Notes: generated by a model from the letters alone, not told the origin. DNA of 63,187 nt, filler included, from Pelomyxa schiedti (GCA_020536535.1; 19 parts of 19 records of this genome joined end to end with filler, not necessarily neighbours in it); one strand, 5' to 3'; shown: positions 1-11,583, numbered from the whole stretch's first letter. Program-made: numbers and translations.

Positions 1-701
1 CGCTTTGTTTTTGTTGTTGTTTTACAGTGGCTCGGCAGAGGTATAAAAAGTGGCTCATGAGACCCCACGATCACGTTGTGAGTCACATGGGGCGTCGTCA
101 CTCAGGGGAAAAGGGGAAAAAATGATTGGATTTTCGCCCAACTGTGTGTGTTCCGTTTGGGACTGCGAAAAGTTTTTTCGAAGAAGTTATTTTCATAATG
201 ATCTCTTAAGCCCATTACCCTGTTTGGACCCTCGTTGGAATTTGAATCGAAAGAAAAACAATCAGTGAGGTCCGGTAATGGTGAGTTGTCTGAAACAAAA
301 TGGTGTCTGTTCTGGCGTGCTGTGCACTCGCTAAGAATTCTTCGAGGATATGTGCCAACGGGTAGGCTATCAGTTCCACTGCCGGTCAGTAATACCATCA
401 TTTCTGCAAGCACTCAGTGTTTCAAATGATTGCCAAGTAAGTGGGAAGAAAAGCCAGAAACACTACAACCTCAGGATAAAGGAAATAAATAGGTACGCTG
501 AGAACCTGTAAATGAAAATGTAATGAAAGTACAATTAGAATCATTGCCAGAGTATTGATTCCGTTACTGGCACAAATTTGCTGTATCATAAGCCAATATG
601 TACATATCTAATATTAACAACGTGTAATTGCCAGTACATAATTTAACACCTGTTGGGATTGTGTAAATGTGAAAGTTAAAGTAGACAATAGAAAGATATA
701 A

Positions 702-776
702 GTGTCAGCCGGGAATTGAACCCGGAACAACAGCCCCCAAAGAGAGCTGTTATGATAACCGTTTCACCACAGACAC
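702..776 (-). tRNA. tRNA-like gene, isotype undetermined (11-nt anticodon loop)
   Basis: Minus strand reads GTGTCTG TG GTGA AACGGTTA TCAT A ACAGC TCTCTTTGGGG GCTGT TGTT CCGGG TTCAATT CCCGG CTGACAC. Acceptor stem 6/7 pairs, D-arm with GG, 5-bp anticodon stem, 4-nt variable loop, perfect T-arm with TTC. Anticodon loop is 11 nt instead of 7. Confidence 0.75.
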
Positions 777-848
777 GATATAGAATTGAACCAGACAATC
801 GGTGGGAATTGGGCCTGTGGCCACAAGCCCAAAACCACACCAACCCCA

Positions 849-1097
849 GTGGGGTTCTGAGCCCCCTGGCCATGAGGCTCAGAATCCCACAAGGCACCCC
901 CAAAAGAACAAGAGGACGTGATCCCCCGGCCAAGGGGGAAACAAGACCAACTTGGTTCATTTGAGTTGTCAAATGACAGCAGATCCGGGCTCCCGGGCCA
1001 GGGAACTCAGATCCACCAAAAACCAAAAGAGAACGAGAGGAGGTGAGGACGTGATCCCCCGGGCGAAGGGGGAAACGAGCCCCAATCCAACTTGCTC
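849..1097. repeat. Two degenerate ~110-bp modules, each with two GC-rich hairpins
   Basis: GAGGACGTGATCCCCCGG..AAGGGGGAAAC occurs at 912 and 1045. A long hairpin GTGGGGTTCTGAGCC/GGCTCAGAATCCCAC spans 849-890, with a weaker equivalent near 982-1013. Confidence 0.6.
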
Positions 1098-1856
1098 CTT
1101 TTTGGGTCGTACAGTCCAATCGCAGAGCAGCATACAACAACAGGCGCCAGACAATATCCCACAATAAGAAACTAGCACAGCGATGGCGCCACCAAGTGAG
1201 CAGAGAGCCGAAGCAAGCGAAGCCAAGCCGCCAGCGTCGCCGTGGGATCCAGCCAGGGATTGGGGGGATGGGGTGGGGCCCTGGATATTTTTGCGGGCAA
1301 GAGGCACCGGTGGAGCCCGCGACGGACACCAAAAAATCCTACCGACCTGCAGCCCCCCGGCTGTTCAACGGCGGGACAGCCGGTGTTCGTCATCGCGTGA
1401 TCGACGCGTTTGTTGGTCGTGTGACTAGATATGTGACCACACCCTTATTGTGTTGTTTGTGTCGTTGTTTCTGTTGTTTTTTCTTGTTTGTTGTCCCACA
1501 ACCCTTAAAGTTCCCAGATCTTGTGGGAAACAACGACAACAATTTTTTTTGATTTTTTGGGATCAAAACAAAAAAAGAGGAGGAAGGAACACTGTGTGAT
1601 TGGGTAAGGAGTTCATTCAGCACATCTTATAGCCGAACACACTGAATTGCTCAGTAAGTGCCCGTTGAGGTGCAAATTCATGTGGTTAGGGGGATATCTA
1701 TTAAGGGCACCTCCCACAACTTGTGGGAAACCCTTATCTAAAACCCGACGTTTGACCGCCGTGTTTTTGATGATTAGTCTTCATGCTGGATAGGTAGTTA
1801 GTAGTATTCGATGGATTTCGATTTTGATGTCTTTGGTGTGGCTCTTTGCATTGACT

Positions 1857-1956
1857 NNNNNNNNNNNNNNNNNNNNNNNNNNNNNNNNNNNNNNNNNNNN
1901 TTAATTAATTAANNNNNNNNNNNNNNNNNNNNNNNNNNNNNNNNNNNNNNNNNNNN
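1857..1956. other. Artificial contig spacer (first of 18)
   Basis: 100-nt N/TTAATTAATTAA/N spacer with stops in all six frames. Also at 3541, 5958, 9403, 12843, 15101, 18750, 26247, 30893, 45828, 47077, 48694, 49889, 52950, 54640, 55946, 57130, 61444. Confidence 0.98.
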
Positions 1957-2668
1957 GCTGTGTGGGGGGGCGGGGCGGCTGCGAGTATACGACACTAGCG
2001 GCGGGGACCCACCACAGGTGGCGGCACCGTGGGTGGGGAGGACGAGAGGCCATGCATGGGGACACTGGGGTCGCGGCAGTGCGGTCCCATAATAATACGG
2101 CAGCAACAGTTGCTGGGGTGGAGGCTGCTGTCCGGTTGTTTGTTGTCTGCGTGCTCCGAACAGTCGGACCCCGGTTGATTGTAATTCCGGGAAAAGGTCG
2201 AAAGACACCCGCAGCAGTCCTGTCCGGGTCTATACGTATTCAAACAGACCCTGGAACTCGTATTGGCCAGAGAAGTGCAGTCCTTCATGTAGTCCGCCAT
2301 ATGTTTTCGCTTCCCAGTCCAATTCAGGGCAATTGCTACTAATTAAGTATTGGGAAAAACCAATTGGCGGGAAAAAACACTTTAAAAACAAAAAAAAGCA
2401 AGCAACAATCATAAAAAAATAAAAAAACGACACATCTTGGTCCTGTGAGGCAATACCCGGTACGTCCTGCGTCCTTTGTTGCGACAACCGCCTCTCTTTA
2501 ATTGCTCACAACAACAGATCTCACTTGTTGTCTTGTTGGATCGGTGAGCACGCCGGGGGGTGGTTGTGTCGTCTGCGAGATCTGACGGGGCGGGGTTGGC
2601 ATCGCGGTGCTCAGCAGCAGTTCAACAACAACAACATCGTAATCATTGACAACAACACCACACGTTTG

Positions 2669-3301
2669 CAAAACACGGCCTTTTCCTGCGGGAGAGAGCC
2701 GCGAGGCGTTGCCTGACGACGGGGCCTCCGTCACGGGGCCTGGCCCTGCGATGGGACTCCAGCCGTGAGACTTCGTCTAGGCGACACTTGCTTCACGAGC
2801 GGACGCAGCGACGGGACCTCCGTCACGGGGCTTTGCCCTGCGATGGGATCCGGCCAGAGGCATCCGTGGCCACACTTTCCACCAACACTTCTTCTTCCTC
2901 CTCTTCGTCTGGGCTGGTTCACAGTGACTGCGTGCTGTGTGCTTGCTCATCATCGTTTTATCTTGGACCTGCTGTGTAACTACTCACTGTGACAGTCAAA
3001 TGGTAATATCCTCCTTCATTTGTGTTTCGGTGCTCACATCAAATCCAGATTCACCACACACCAGTATCAGTGGTGCATCCGGTTTTTTGCTCTGACATAC
3101 GTTGTGGCTGACGTCGCGGTTTGTGGTCAGTGCGTCAAAGACCGAGACAACAGCACAGCAAAACAACACCACCCACACCACAAAACACGGCCTTTTCCCG
3201 TGGGAGAGAGCCGCGAGGCGTTGCCTGGCGACGGGGCCTCCGTCACGGGGCCTGGCCCTGCGATGGGACTCCAGCCGCGAGACTTCGTCTAGGCGACACT
3301 T
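2669..3301. repeat. 121-bp GC-rich direct repeat, 2 copies plus a partial third
   Basis: 2669-2789 and 3181-3301 differ at 4 positions. Partial diverged copy at about 2808-2848. Confidence 0.9.
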
Positions 3302-3640
3302 CACTGTGATTCCAGATCACACCCAGAGTGGGTTCCAAGCTGTTCCCAAAGGGTGGTCTCAAAATGTGAAAAAACACTACCCAAGTGGAGAAAGTGGAGG
3401 TAAAATCACAACGGGCTTGATTTGGGTGCTCCCAATGTGGACACACAGTGGTCCCCAGGTGGTCCCTGTTCCAGCCCCTCACCCCCAGTACTTTCATAAA
3501 GAAACTTTTTTTTTCTTTTGCCTGAAGTCGAAAACCAACTNNNNNNNNNNNNNNNNNNNNNNNNNNNNNNNNNNNNNNNNNNNNTTAATTAATTAANNNN
3601 NNNNNNNNNNNNNNNNNNNNNNNNNNNNNNNNNNNNNNNN

Positions 3641-5269
3641 GTGCTGCCGTTCAACTGCACGCGGAGCTGCATAGATTCTGAGAGATTGGTGCAGCCACCA
3701 TGCGCATCGATTTCGCGTGCAATAGCGGCAACAACAGGGCTGTCACTGTTATTCGCGAGTGTCACACTCGCTCGCCGGGCTGCGTTGTTGCGAAACGTCA
3801 AAAATTAACTTAATTAATTTGTTTGCAAAAAAGAGTAGGTAGACTCACTTGTGCTGGACTCGTTTACGCTGATAACACTTCCGTTGGAAGCACCAAGGAG
3901 GTATCCATCTTGCGTGGTTACGTAAATCATGTTCTTACCAGCCGCAATCTAGTTTATGTTAATTGTTCTGTCCGATTTCCACACCAGTTCTCAGACCTCG
4001 ACTAGATCCTCCGACAAGGACTGGACTGTTCGCGTGCCAACAACTACTCCGAGAAGCTCTCCACTCGAACTCATATCTGGGTCCATCAATCAATCTAATC
4101 GAAGAAGGTTGAACATACAAGGGTGATACGACGAGATCGCAACGGAGGGATTCTGAACGGTGACAACCTAAACAGTAACATTGGACCCAGTCAAGTTTCG
4201 GGGTTGAGTGAGAATCACCTTTCCCCAGTTTGGAACACCTCTAAGCATGTCTTGGTAAACTCCATCGGTGACAAGCTTGGCATATGAGGGGTATGTTGCG
4301 GAGGCACCTTGGTTTGACTTTCTCACTTCTTTGTTGGTGACTGCATCAACCTCATAATATGTCAGCCCGTCCGTGGCGTTGGTCTTTCGGCCACATGTTG
4401 CCTTTGAGTTTAACATGTGAGTAAACTGGAATTGTGAGTGGTATGAGTGAGCGACACGTACAGAAGTGGCCCCAAATCGGCCAGTGCAGATGAGTGTTAT
4501 GTTAGGGGAACGGAGGGAAATGGCAGCTATTCTGTTTGAAAAGTGAGAATGTGACATCAGGGTTGGGAAAGAACACACAATGAAGTTACTGTAAAGTGAA
4601 CATATCTTGGCCTCAGAGTACTTGCCCACTGCGGGTATGAATTCATGTCAATGTTCCTGAATCGCACCCACTGGACCTTTTGTTTCCCAACCAAACAGTC
4701 AGAGGAAAGAGGACAGAGGAATTTAAAGAAAAACATAAGTGGAACACACCTCAGCAGCCAGGTTTGCATCTGCCTCTTTCACAATATCCTCAACAATATC
4801 ATGGACGTTTTTCGATAGTGACTCAACCAGAGTTTCTGTAATTGCGTCAATGCTGGAATCAGCCTTCTGATACGACGTCGCCCACACAATGCTGCTTGGT
4901 GTGGCGACCAGCACGATCTAAGAGAAAAAAAAGAGTTGGTAAGTCCACGGTACAAATGGGAGACAGAGATATCGAAATGCACACTGAAGTCAAAATGAGC
5001 ACCACACTGAATGGTATTGACGGCGAGCATGACCAAGAGGCTTTTTTACCGCCGTTTATGCCGCCACTGATTCTCCTGGCCTCCCTCATGCTGGCGTCAT
5101 CCTCACACATCTCCGCCTCGCGCTCCTTGGCTATAACGCTGGGTGCTATCACTACAGCATTCACGGTGCTGCTGGCAGAGCTGGAGCTGCGAGATGGGAC
5201 CAAGTCATTGCAGGGCTCAGGACCACTCTCATTTGGTTGCTCTGGTTGCACTTTGTTCACCCTTGGCAT
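3641..5269 (-). CDS. Membrane receptor, N-terminal part (TM + Cache-like extracellular sensor domain); 3' truncated, multi-exon
   Basis: Exons give MPRVNKVQPEQ..., a hydrophobic segment (SIPFSVVLILTSVCISISLSPICTV/IVLVATPSSIVWATSY), then ...MIYVTTQDGYLLGASNGSVI...RRASVTLANNSDSPVVAAIAREI. This resembles the Cache-type ectodomains of protist receptor cyclases/kinases. The effector domain lies beyond the contig end. Confidence 0.5.
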
Positions 5270-5671
5270 TGTTGGTACCGTGGTTATTCCCCACCTGTTT
5301 CTTTGGTTTTATTGTTAAAAGTTCTTCTGCTGTTCCTGTTAAAAAAAGAAGCAGTTTGCGAAAAACGGGAAATCACAGGTAGGTAGAATTCTATGTACTG
5401 ATGGTCAAATTGGAACGATAATCAACATCTCCAGCAAATCGAGACAAATTAGCCAAGAGGACATCTCGACATCTTGACACACCACCCTGATTTCTCTGCA
5501 CTCGTACGTACCACCTCTCCTTCCAGGAATATCGGCACCTCGACTGCCGCTCCTTCGCAAGTTCTCAATGGTGCCCTGGCCCAAGCGTGCCCCCTCTCTG
5601 AGACACAGGCAGGTGAGTTCCACCAGATTCGGAATCCAAAACACGCCTTTTTTTTTCCCGTCGTCGCGTTG

Positions 5672-5957
5672 ATGTTGCGCCATCGGCATCGGCCGAAACT
5701 CGCGTGCGACGCGGCGGAACCTACCAACGAAACCGAACAGGACGACAGCGCCTCAGCGTGCTCCTCCCCTGCACCCCGTAAGAAGACCGGCGGCGGCGGG
5801 GGGGAGCACGCAGCCGAGGCGGGAGCGGGGGCGCGGGGGGACGAGGACGAGGAGGAGATACTGGCCAAGGAGGCGGCGCTGGAGCAGGAGCGGCTGGGCG
5901 TGCTGGCCGCGGACATCGACTGCCTCAGGAACCCGGACGACGACGTGTACAAGGGCG
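5672..5957 (+). CDS. Hypothetical protein, 5' fragment
   Basis: GC-rich open frame MLRHRHRPKLACDAAEPT...EEILAKEAALEQERLGVLAADIDCLRNPDDDVYKG running into the spacer. Confidence 0.5.
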
Positions 5958-6057
5958 NNNNNNNNNNNNNNNNNNNNNNNNNNNNNNNNNNNNNNNNNNN
6001 NTTAATTAATTAANNNNNNNNNNNNNNNNNNNNNNNNNNNNNNNNNNNNNNNNNNNN

Positions 6058-9000
6058 GGGGTGCATCATGGCAACAAGGACATCAACGAGAAGCCTGTGT
6101 GTGCCACGCTGTGACTCTGATGGCGGTGGTGGAACTGGGAACGACGTGACGAGTGCCTCCGTGGTGAATCGTGACATGTCGTGGTTGAGGCTGCTGCCAA
6201 TGGCCTTGCGCCCTGGTGGCAGGAGTAGATTGTAGAACGTGAGTGCGAGTGCAAACGAGTCGCACTTGGAGTATGAGAACATGGCGCTGCCACCCCTCAT
6301 GAGATTATGCGCGAGTGTGCTGAGTTCGGGCGGCATCGTGCCCACGTTGCCCCACGGTAGTGTGGCGTGTGATATCATGCAGTCCAGATTGGTGGTGAGG
6401 CACTGCTGAGCTTCCCCAAACCCGATCATTGTGACTTTTCTGGTTTCCGGGTCGACCAAAATGCTGCTTTCCTTGATGTCTCTGTTGTGATATCAGTGCT
6501 TTGTGAATTGAAAGAAGATAGCACCTGTGCACAACGGAATTGGATTCGATGTGATGGACTGCCTTGAGTGCTTGCTTGAAAACATTCAATGTCACATCAA
6601 CAATAGTCGCCTGTGCACTTCGGTGAGAAAAGTGAAGACCGGAGGTGGTTGCACACACAGGATCCAGGGTGGATAAAAATTTGAGCAGTGTGATGCCACA
6701 AAGAGGCAACAGAATCGCCACTGACTTGTTTACAGCAAGGTCTCGGAAGAAGGACTGCTCTTTTGGAATGGCGCCAACAAATTCATCTGGGAACCTTATT
6801 GGGTAGTTGAGCAGGATTCATCATGAATAAAGGAAGAAACCTTGGGATGATGATCGCACCCAACGGGTGAATCACATTCGGGTGATGCGGGATAACAGAC
6901 AGATTCATACACTCCACCATGTACTTCCGCCTCAGTATCGTATCCCTTGCTGTGTTTTCCCAGTTGAACATAACTTTCATGACCATCTTCTTGGCCAAGG
7001 ATGCTGCCGGTCCGGCAGAGTACAGTTCCGGTGTTGTTCCCTTGTAGAGCACCTGGAAGGCAATGCAAGAAGATCCTGATCCAAGGAGTTTATCAAAGGA
7101 GAAGTCTGAAACATCGGCCGAAATAAGTGTCGACATGGTGCTGAGCTCTTCCTGTGATGGCATAGAAAATTAAGTCAGGGAGAAGGAATCTTGAGCTCTT
7201 GTGCGATTCACCTTGAATCTTCTTGTATCTTCATCCAAATGTGCCTAATTGTTCAGTGCATGTTGTTTTTGTTAAAATGGCTGGAGGAATGGAAGAAAAG
7301 GAAAAAAAAAAAAAAGACCTGCAGTATTCTCATTTGTTCTTCACTATTGTCCAGAGAGGCCTGCATGACTTCTTTTTCATGTTGCAGTTGTTGAATAAGC
7401 CCTTCCTGCTGTCTATTTGTGGTTGACACCGCAATAACACTGTCACTTGTGTTGAGAGGGAGGGAAGATTCTGTGGTGGTGGGGAGTGCTGAGATGGCCT
7501 GATCAGCACCCATCCTCTTGCTCTTTTCTGGGTTCATCATCCCAACAATCACTTCCAGAAGCCGTCGCTGTTTTTCTGAACTGACCGGAATCGGGAACGC
7601 CGATACGAGAGCCTGTGTCGTGAACTGCCACATGTTTCCATTCATCCGGCTTCCAATAAACTTGTGTTCCGGTGGCAGTAACGCATCATAAAACGTGAGC
7701 GCGAGTGCAAACGAGTCACACTTGGAGTACGAGAACATGGCTGCCCTGTTGGTCTTGACGAGGTTCCGGAGAAGGGTGCTGAGCTCCGGTGGCATTGTGC
7801 CGGCATTGCCCCATGGTTGAGTGGTTGGTGAGACCATTGAGTCCAGGTTGCTGTTGAGGCACCGCTGTGCCTCACCAAAGTCGATGAGAGTGAGCTTTCT
7901 GGTTTCCGGATCCACCAAGATGTTGTCTTCCTTTATGTCTCTGTGTTGTATTATTGAGGGGAAGCATCCAGAAGGACGGGAGTTTATCGCGCACTTGTGA
8001 ACAATCGAATTGGATTCAATGTGGTGGACTGCCTTGAGTGCTTGTCTGAAAGTATCCACAGCCACTTCAATGTCTCCCTGCAAAAAACCGGAGGGATGAG
8101 AACCGCGAAGAATAGAATTGGATTGAGTACGTACAAATGAAGACAAAAATCGTGACAAGGGTATCCCACAAAAAGGCATGAGAAATGCAAGCGACCTGTT
8201 GACTGAAATTTCCCGGAAGAATGGCCTATCTTTTGGGAGGGATTCCATGAAGTCATCTGGCAACCTTTTTGTTTTTTTTGGACAAGTTTGTTGAGAAGTA
8301 CACTCGGGAAGAAAAACCTTGGGATGACGATGGCACCCAACGGGTGAATCACATTCGGGTGATGCGGAAACGATGATAGAGTCACACACTCAGCCATGTA
8401 CTTCTGCCTCAGGATGGTCTGCCTTTCAGTGCTCTCCCAGTTGAATAAAACTTTCATCACCATTGTTGTTCCCTCCGGCATGGTTGATGCTTGTAGACCT
8501 GTTCCTCCTGGAGGTCCGGAAGTTGTGTTCCTGTGGAACCGCACTGTGAAGGCAGCAGCACTCGCACCTGTTCCCAGGAGCCGACCCAAGGTGAAGTCCG
8601 TGATATCTGCCGAAATCAGTGATGTCATTGACTCAACCATGCGCTGTGTGTTGGTGTATTCATCAGAATCACAATCACAGGCGGTACAAACCGACACAGA
8701 AAGACCTGGTATCTTCCCACATCTTCATTATATTTATTCTGCATTGTTCTCTTCTCATCTTGAAGCTGTTGTATCATCCTTTTTGCCTGCCCTCTTTATC
8801 ATGAGGAGACCAAGAGCACAAACAAACCAAATCCACGCATAAACTGGCACACACAACCAAACAAACGTACATCCTCTGTGCGATGAGTCTCTTCCTCCAC
8901 CTCTGAAACCAAGAACGCAATTTGTTGTTTCAGCTCCTCGATTTCCTGTGACAGAACTGGGAGCATGAAAAAAAATAAAATGTCGAATACCAATTGGTGT

Positions 9001-9095
9001 CTGGCCCGCTCGTCCATCAGAATCTTTCTTGTGGCTTCTAATTCGGTGACACCCCCTTTTCTTGTGTCGTTGCCATCCGGTCCTGCCCCTTTCAT
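6058..9095 (-). CDS. Coiled coil + PINK1-like kinase + coiled coil + PINK1-like pseudokinase; 3' truncated, multi-exon
   Basis: Domain 1: LGTGASAAAF, MKVLFNW, PHHPNVIHP, HRDIKEDNILV, IDFG, WGNAGTMPPEL, FSYSKCDSFA. Two phase-0 GT-AG introns join it in frame (LQ|AHLDEDTRRFK|EELSTMSTLISAD) to domain 2, which has HRDIKESS and IGFG. Confidence 0.8.
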
Positions 9096-9169
9096 TTTAG
9101 TGATGATTCCGCGAAGGTACTTCCATCAGGATTAATTGGTAAACCTTCTCATCTTCCCAACCAGGGCAA

Positions 9170-9402
9170 ACCAAGCCAGATCTTTGTTTCTTCAGTCTTG
9201 GTCAGCTCTCCACTACGCACCTCATCAAGAGTGATGCCAAACTGTTGCATTGTGAACGTGGCCACATGTGGTGATGCCGATACCACACCCAGGAAGTGTG
9301 TGCGTATGAATGCTGCATCAATGGCGTCACCGTAGTGGTTGAGTATCGCCTGCCACCCTGCAAGGTTGATGTAAGAGCTTGGTGACAGCCGCGTGTCAAA
9401 CA
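9170..9402 (-). CDS. 3' end of a lineage-specific protein
   Basis: Open frame from the contig edge: FDTRLSPSSYINLAGWQAILNHYGDAIDAAFIRTHFLGVVSASPHVATFTMQQFGITLDEV...WLGLPWLGR*. Confidence 0.45.
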
Positions 9403-9539
9403 NNNNNNNNNNNNNNNNNNNNNNNNNNNNNNNNNNNNNNNNNNNNTTAATTAATTAANNNNNNNNNNNNNNNNNNNNNNNNNNNNNNNNNNNNNNNNNN
9501 NNCCCCCCCCCCCCCCCCCCCCCCCCACCCCTCACAGTG

Positions 9540-9779
9540 TCATGAGCTGGCTGGTTGAATCACACACACACCGTCGCACGCTTGTGAGATGACTCTCACG
9601 AGCCTGAAGTTTGATGCCACGACCACGCTCCTCTTGGCTGTGTTTTGCACGTTGTCGACTGCGGCCGACCGCCCCAGCCTCGCGAAGAAAGCGTCGCGCT
9701 CCCTAATCGACCTCTGAAACTCCTCGCTGCCATCAACAAGGTCCGACGTCGATGTGGTGGCGCTTTCGTGGTTTCCCAT
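9540..9779 (-). CDS. 5' part of a hypothetical protein with an N-myristoylation-like start
   Basis: ATG start MGNHES (MGxxxS), continuing to near the poly-C contig end. Confidence 0.4.
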   Translation of the reverse strand: MGNHESATTSTSDLVDGSEEFQRSIRERDAFFARLGRSAAVDNVQNTAKRSVVVASNFRLVRVISQACDGVCVIQPASS

Positions 9780-9944
9780 TTTATTTTTTTGTTATGATCT
9801 TTGTTTGGGGGTTAGGAAAGAACAGTCTTGTTTGCTGCCAATTCACGTATGTATCACTGTTGCAGTAGTGGCAGGACAGACAAACTCACTTTCAGTGAAA
9901 AGTCCAAACCCATCTATTTTTCCCTTTCAAAATGATCGCCGTGA

Positions 9945-11583
9945 CTATGGTCCAGGGCAGCCTTTGATTGATGCCATATGGCGGCGATGTGGCGACACTT
10001 CACAGGCTGTTGCGAAATGGAGCCGATGTAAATTCTCAACCACGGGGCTATGTATGCACCAACTCAACCCAACCCGACCCAACCCAAAACATACAAAAAG
10101 ACAGCGCTGCACTCGGCGGCCTTGCGTGGATCCACTTCGTGCGTTGGTCGACTTGTGCAAAGCGGGGCTGTTGTGAATATTCAGGTACGTATATCGGTTT
10201 ATGTGTATCTTCTCCTTCCTACCAATCATGATGTCCTCTCCTTTTCCAGGCTGAGGGTCTTCCTTTTTGCATTGGAAGTGCACCGTGGGTAACACAACCT
10301 TCCCCTTTGATGCTTCATCTCACCTTTTTTACCCCCCTGTTTGATTGTGGTGCTTGGAAACTATTTCATTTCTCAGAAAGTATTATGTCCACCCCTGCTA
10401 TGCCGATTAATCTCTCTTCCCAGATAGTATGTCCGGTTTTCCATTGTCTTTATCATCACTTTCTCATCATCTGGTGCTGGGAACAAATGAAATAGGGAGA
10501 TGTGCGCTTTACTAATATAATACATTGTTTTTCCACAGACACCTTTGCATATGAAAGGGACATTTCGCCATTGTAAAACTTCTGCTGAGTTGTAAGGACA
10601 TCAATCTGAATATTGAGGTAACACCTTCACAATTCTTTTTTTTTTCAAAAAAGCACGGCATGAAGAATTCAAAAGGTGAGACTTCCTTTCCACCAATGCA
10701 ACAACCACTTCAAATGCCACCACAATTTCAAATGCAACTGCAACCACAACCAAGTTTCAACTTCACCCAAGTGCTTTCACTGCTCAGGGCAGAGTTCTGT
10801 CTCAATGGTGATTCCCTTACCGGCGGCTCCTTTACTCACCAAAGTGAAGACAAGGAAATTGAAACAGTTGTGAAAACCGTCAAGGCGCACTTTCAAAAGG
10901 TTATTTGCTCCCAAAAATTAAGAAAATGAGCATCACATTCCCAATAATAAATATTAATGTTAATTTGTAACCAAATGATGTCTCCGCATAACAAATTCAC
11001 TCATCTCTGGGGCACAGTTGCTTGATGGGAACAACTTTCTCCAGGGCCGCCTTGCAGAGGTTGAGAATGTCAATCAGAAATTGAGAACCGCCCAGAAGAA
11101 TTGGGAGGAGGAGTCGGAGCAATTCAAGGTTTGGGGGGTTCTTTTTCTCACCAACTTGAATCTCACCGCAAACAATCAGCACAATAACATCGCTGATCCC
11201 GGCCGGAATCTCTCAGTTTGCTGCAAAAGAACTCCTTGGAACCTGCTCATATGGCGTAGCATGCTGTGTGGAGGAGTTTGCTTGTCCGGTTCCCCGCGTT
11301 CGTTCTTGCCCTCCTTGCCCCCACAACAGCAGGTTCCGCTCACTCTGAATGCATTCCACCAAGCTCTTTCCGCAGTCAACCACCTTGAGTCAAATTTGAT
11401 TGTCCACGGGTGTGCCGCTTTTTCATTTCCATCCTGGATTCTAACCTCGAAAGCAGAGACATCAAGGAAGATAACATCGTTGTTGACCCGCAAACCAACC
11501 GGCTCACACTTATTGACTTCGGAATGGCGCAGCAATGTGTTCCAGACAACCAAGGCCGCAGCGGCAACATCATCATAATCTAA
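9945..11583 (+). pseudogene. Degraded ankyrin-repeat + coiled-coil + PINK1-like kinase gene
   Basis: Ankyrin motifs (PLIDA/GDVATLHRLLRNGADVN, KTALHSAALRG, TPLHM/GHFAIVKLLLSCKDIN) with apparent frameshifts near 9975 and 10558. Kinase remnant LLGTCSYGVAC ... HQALSAVNHLESNLIVH|DIKEDNIVVDPQTNRLTLIDFG lacks subdomains II-V and stops right after DFG. Confidence 0.65.

Noticed and set aside
849-1097. Hammerhead or HDV-like ribozyme
   Set aside because: GAAAC follows a hairpin, but no CTGAnGA core exists on either strand and I could not build the HDV nested pseudoknot.
676-1332. 218-aa minus-strand ORF
   Set aside because: It overlaps the tRNA-like gene and hairpin repeats, starts at GTG and shows no recognisable motif.
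9503-9530. Poly-C tract as a regulatory or G4 element
   Set aside because: It sits at a contig edge, where homopolymer artefacts are common.
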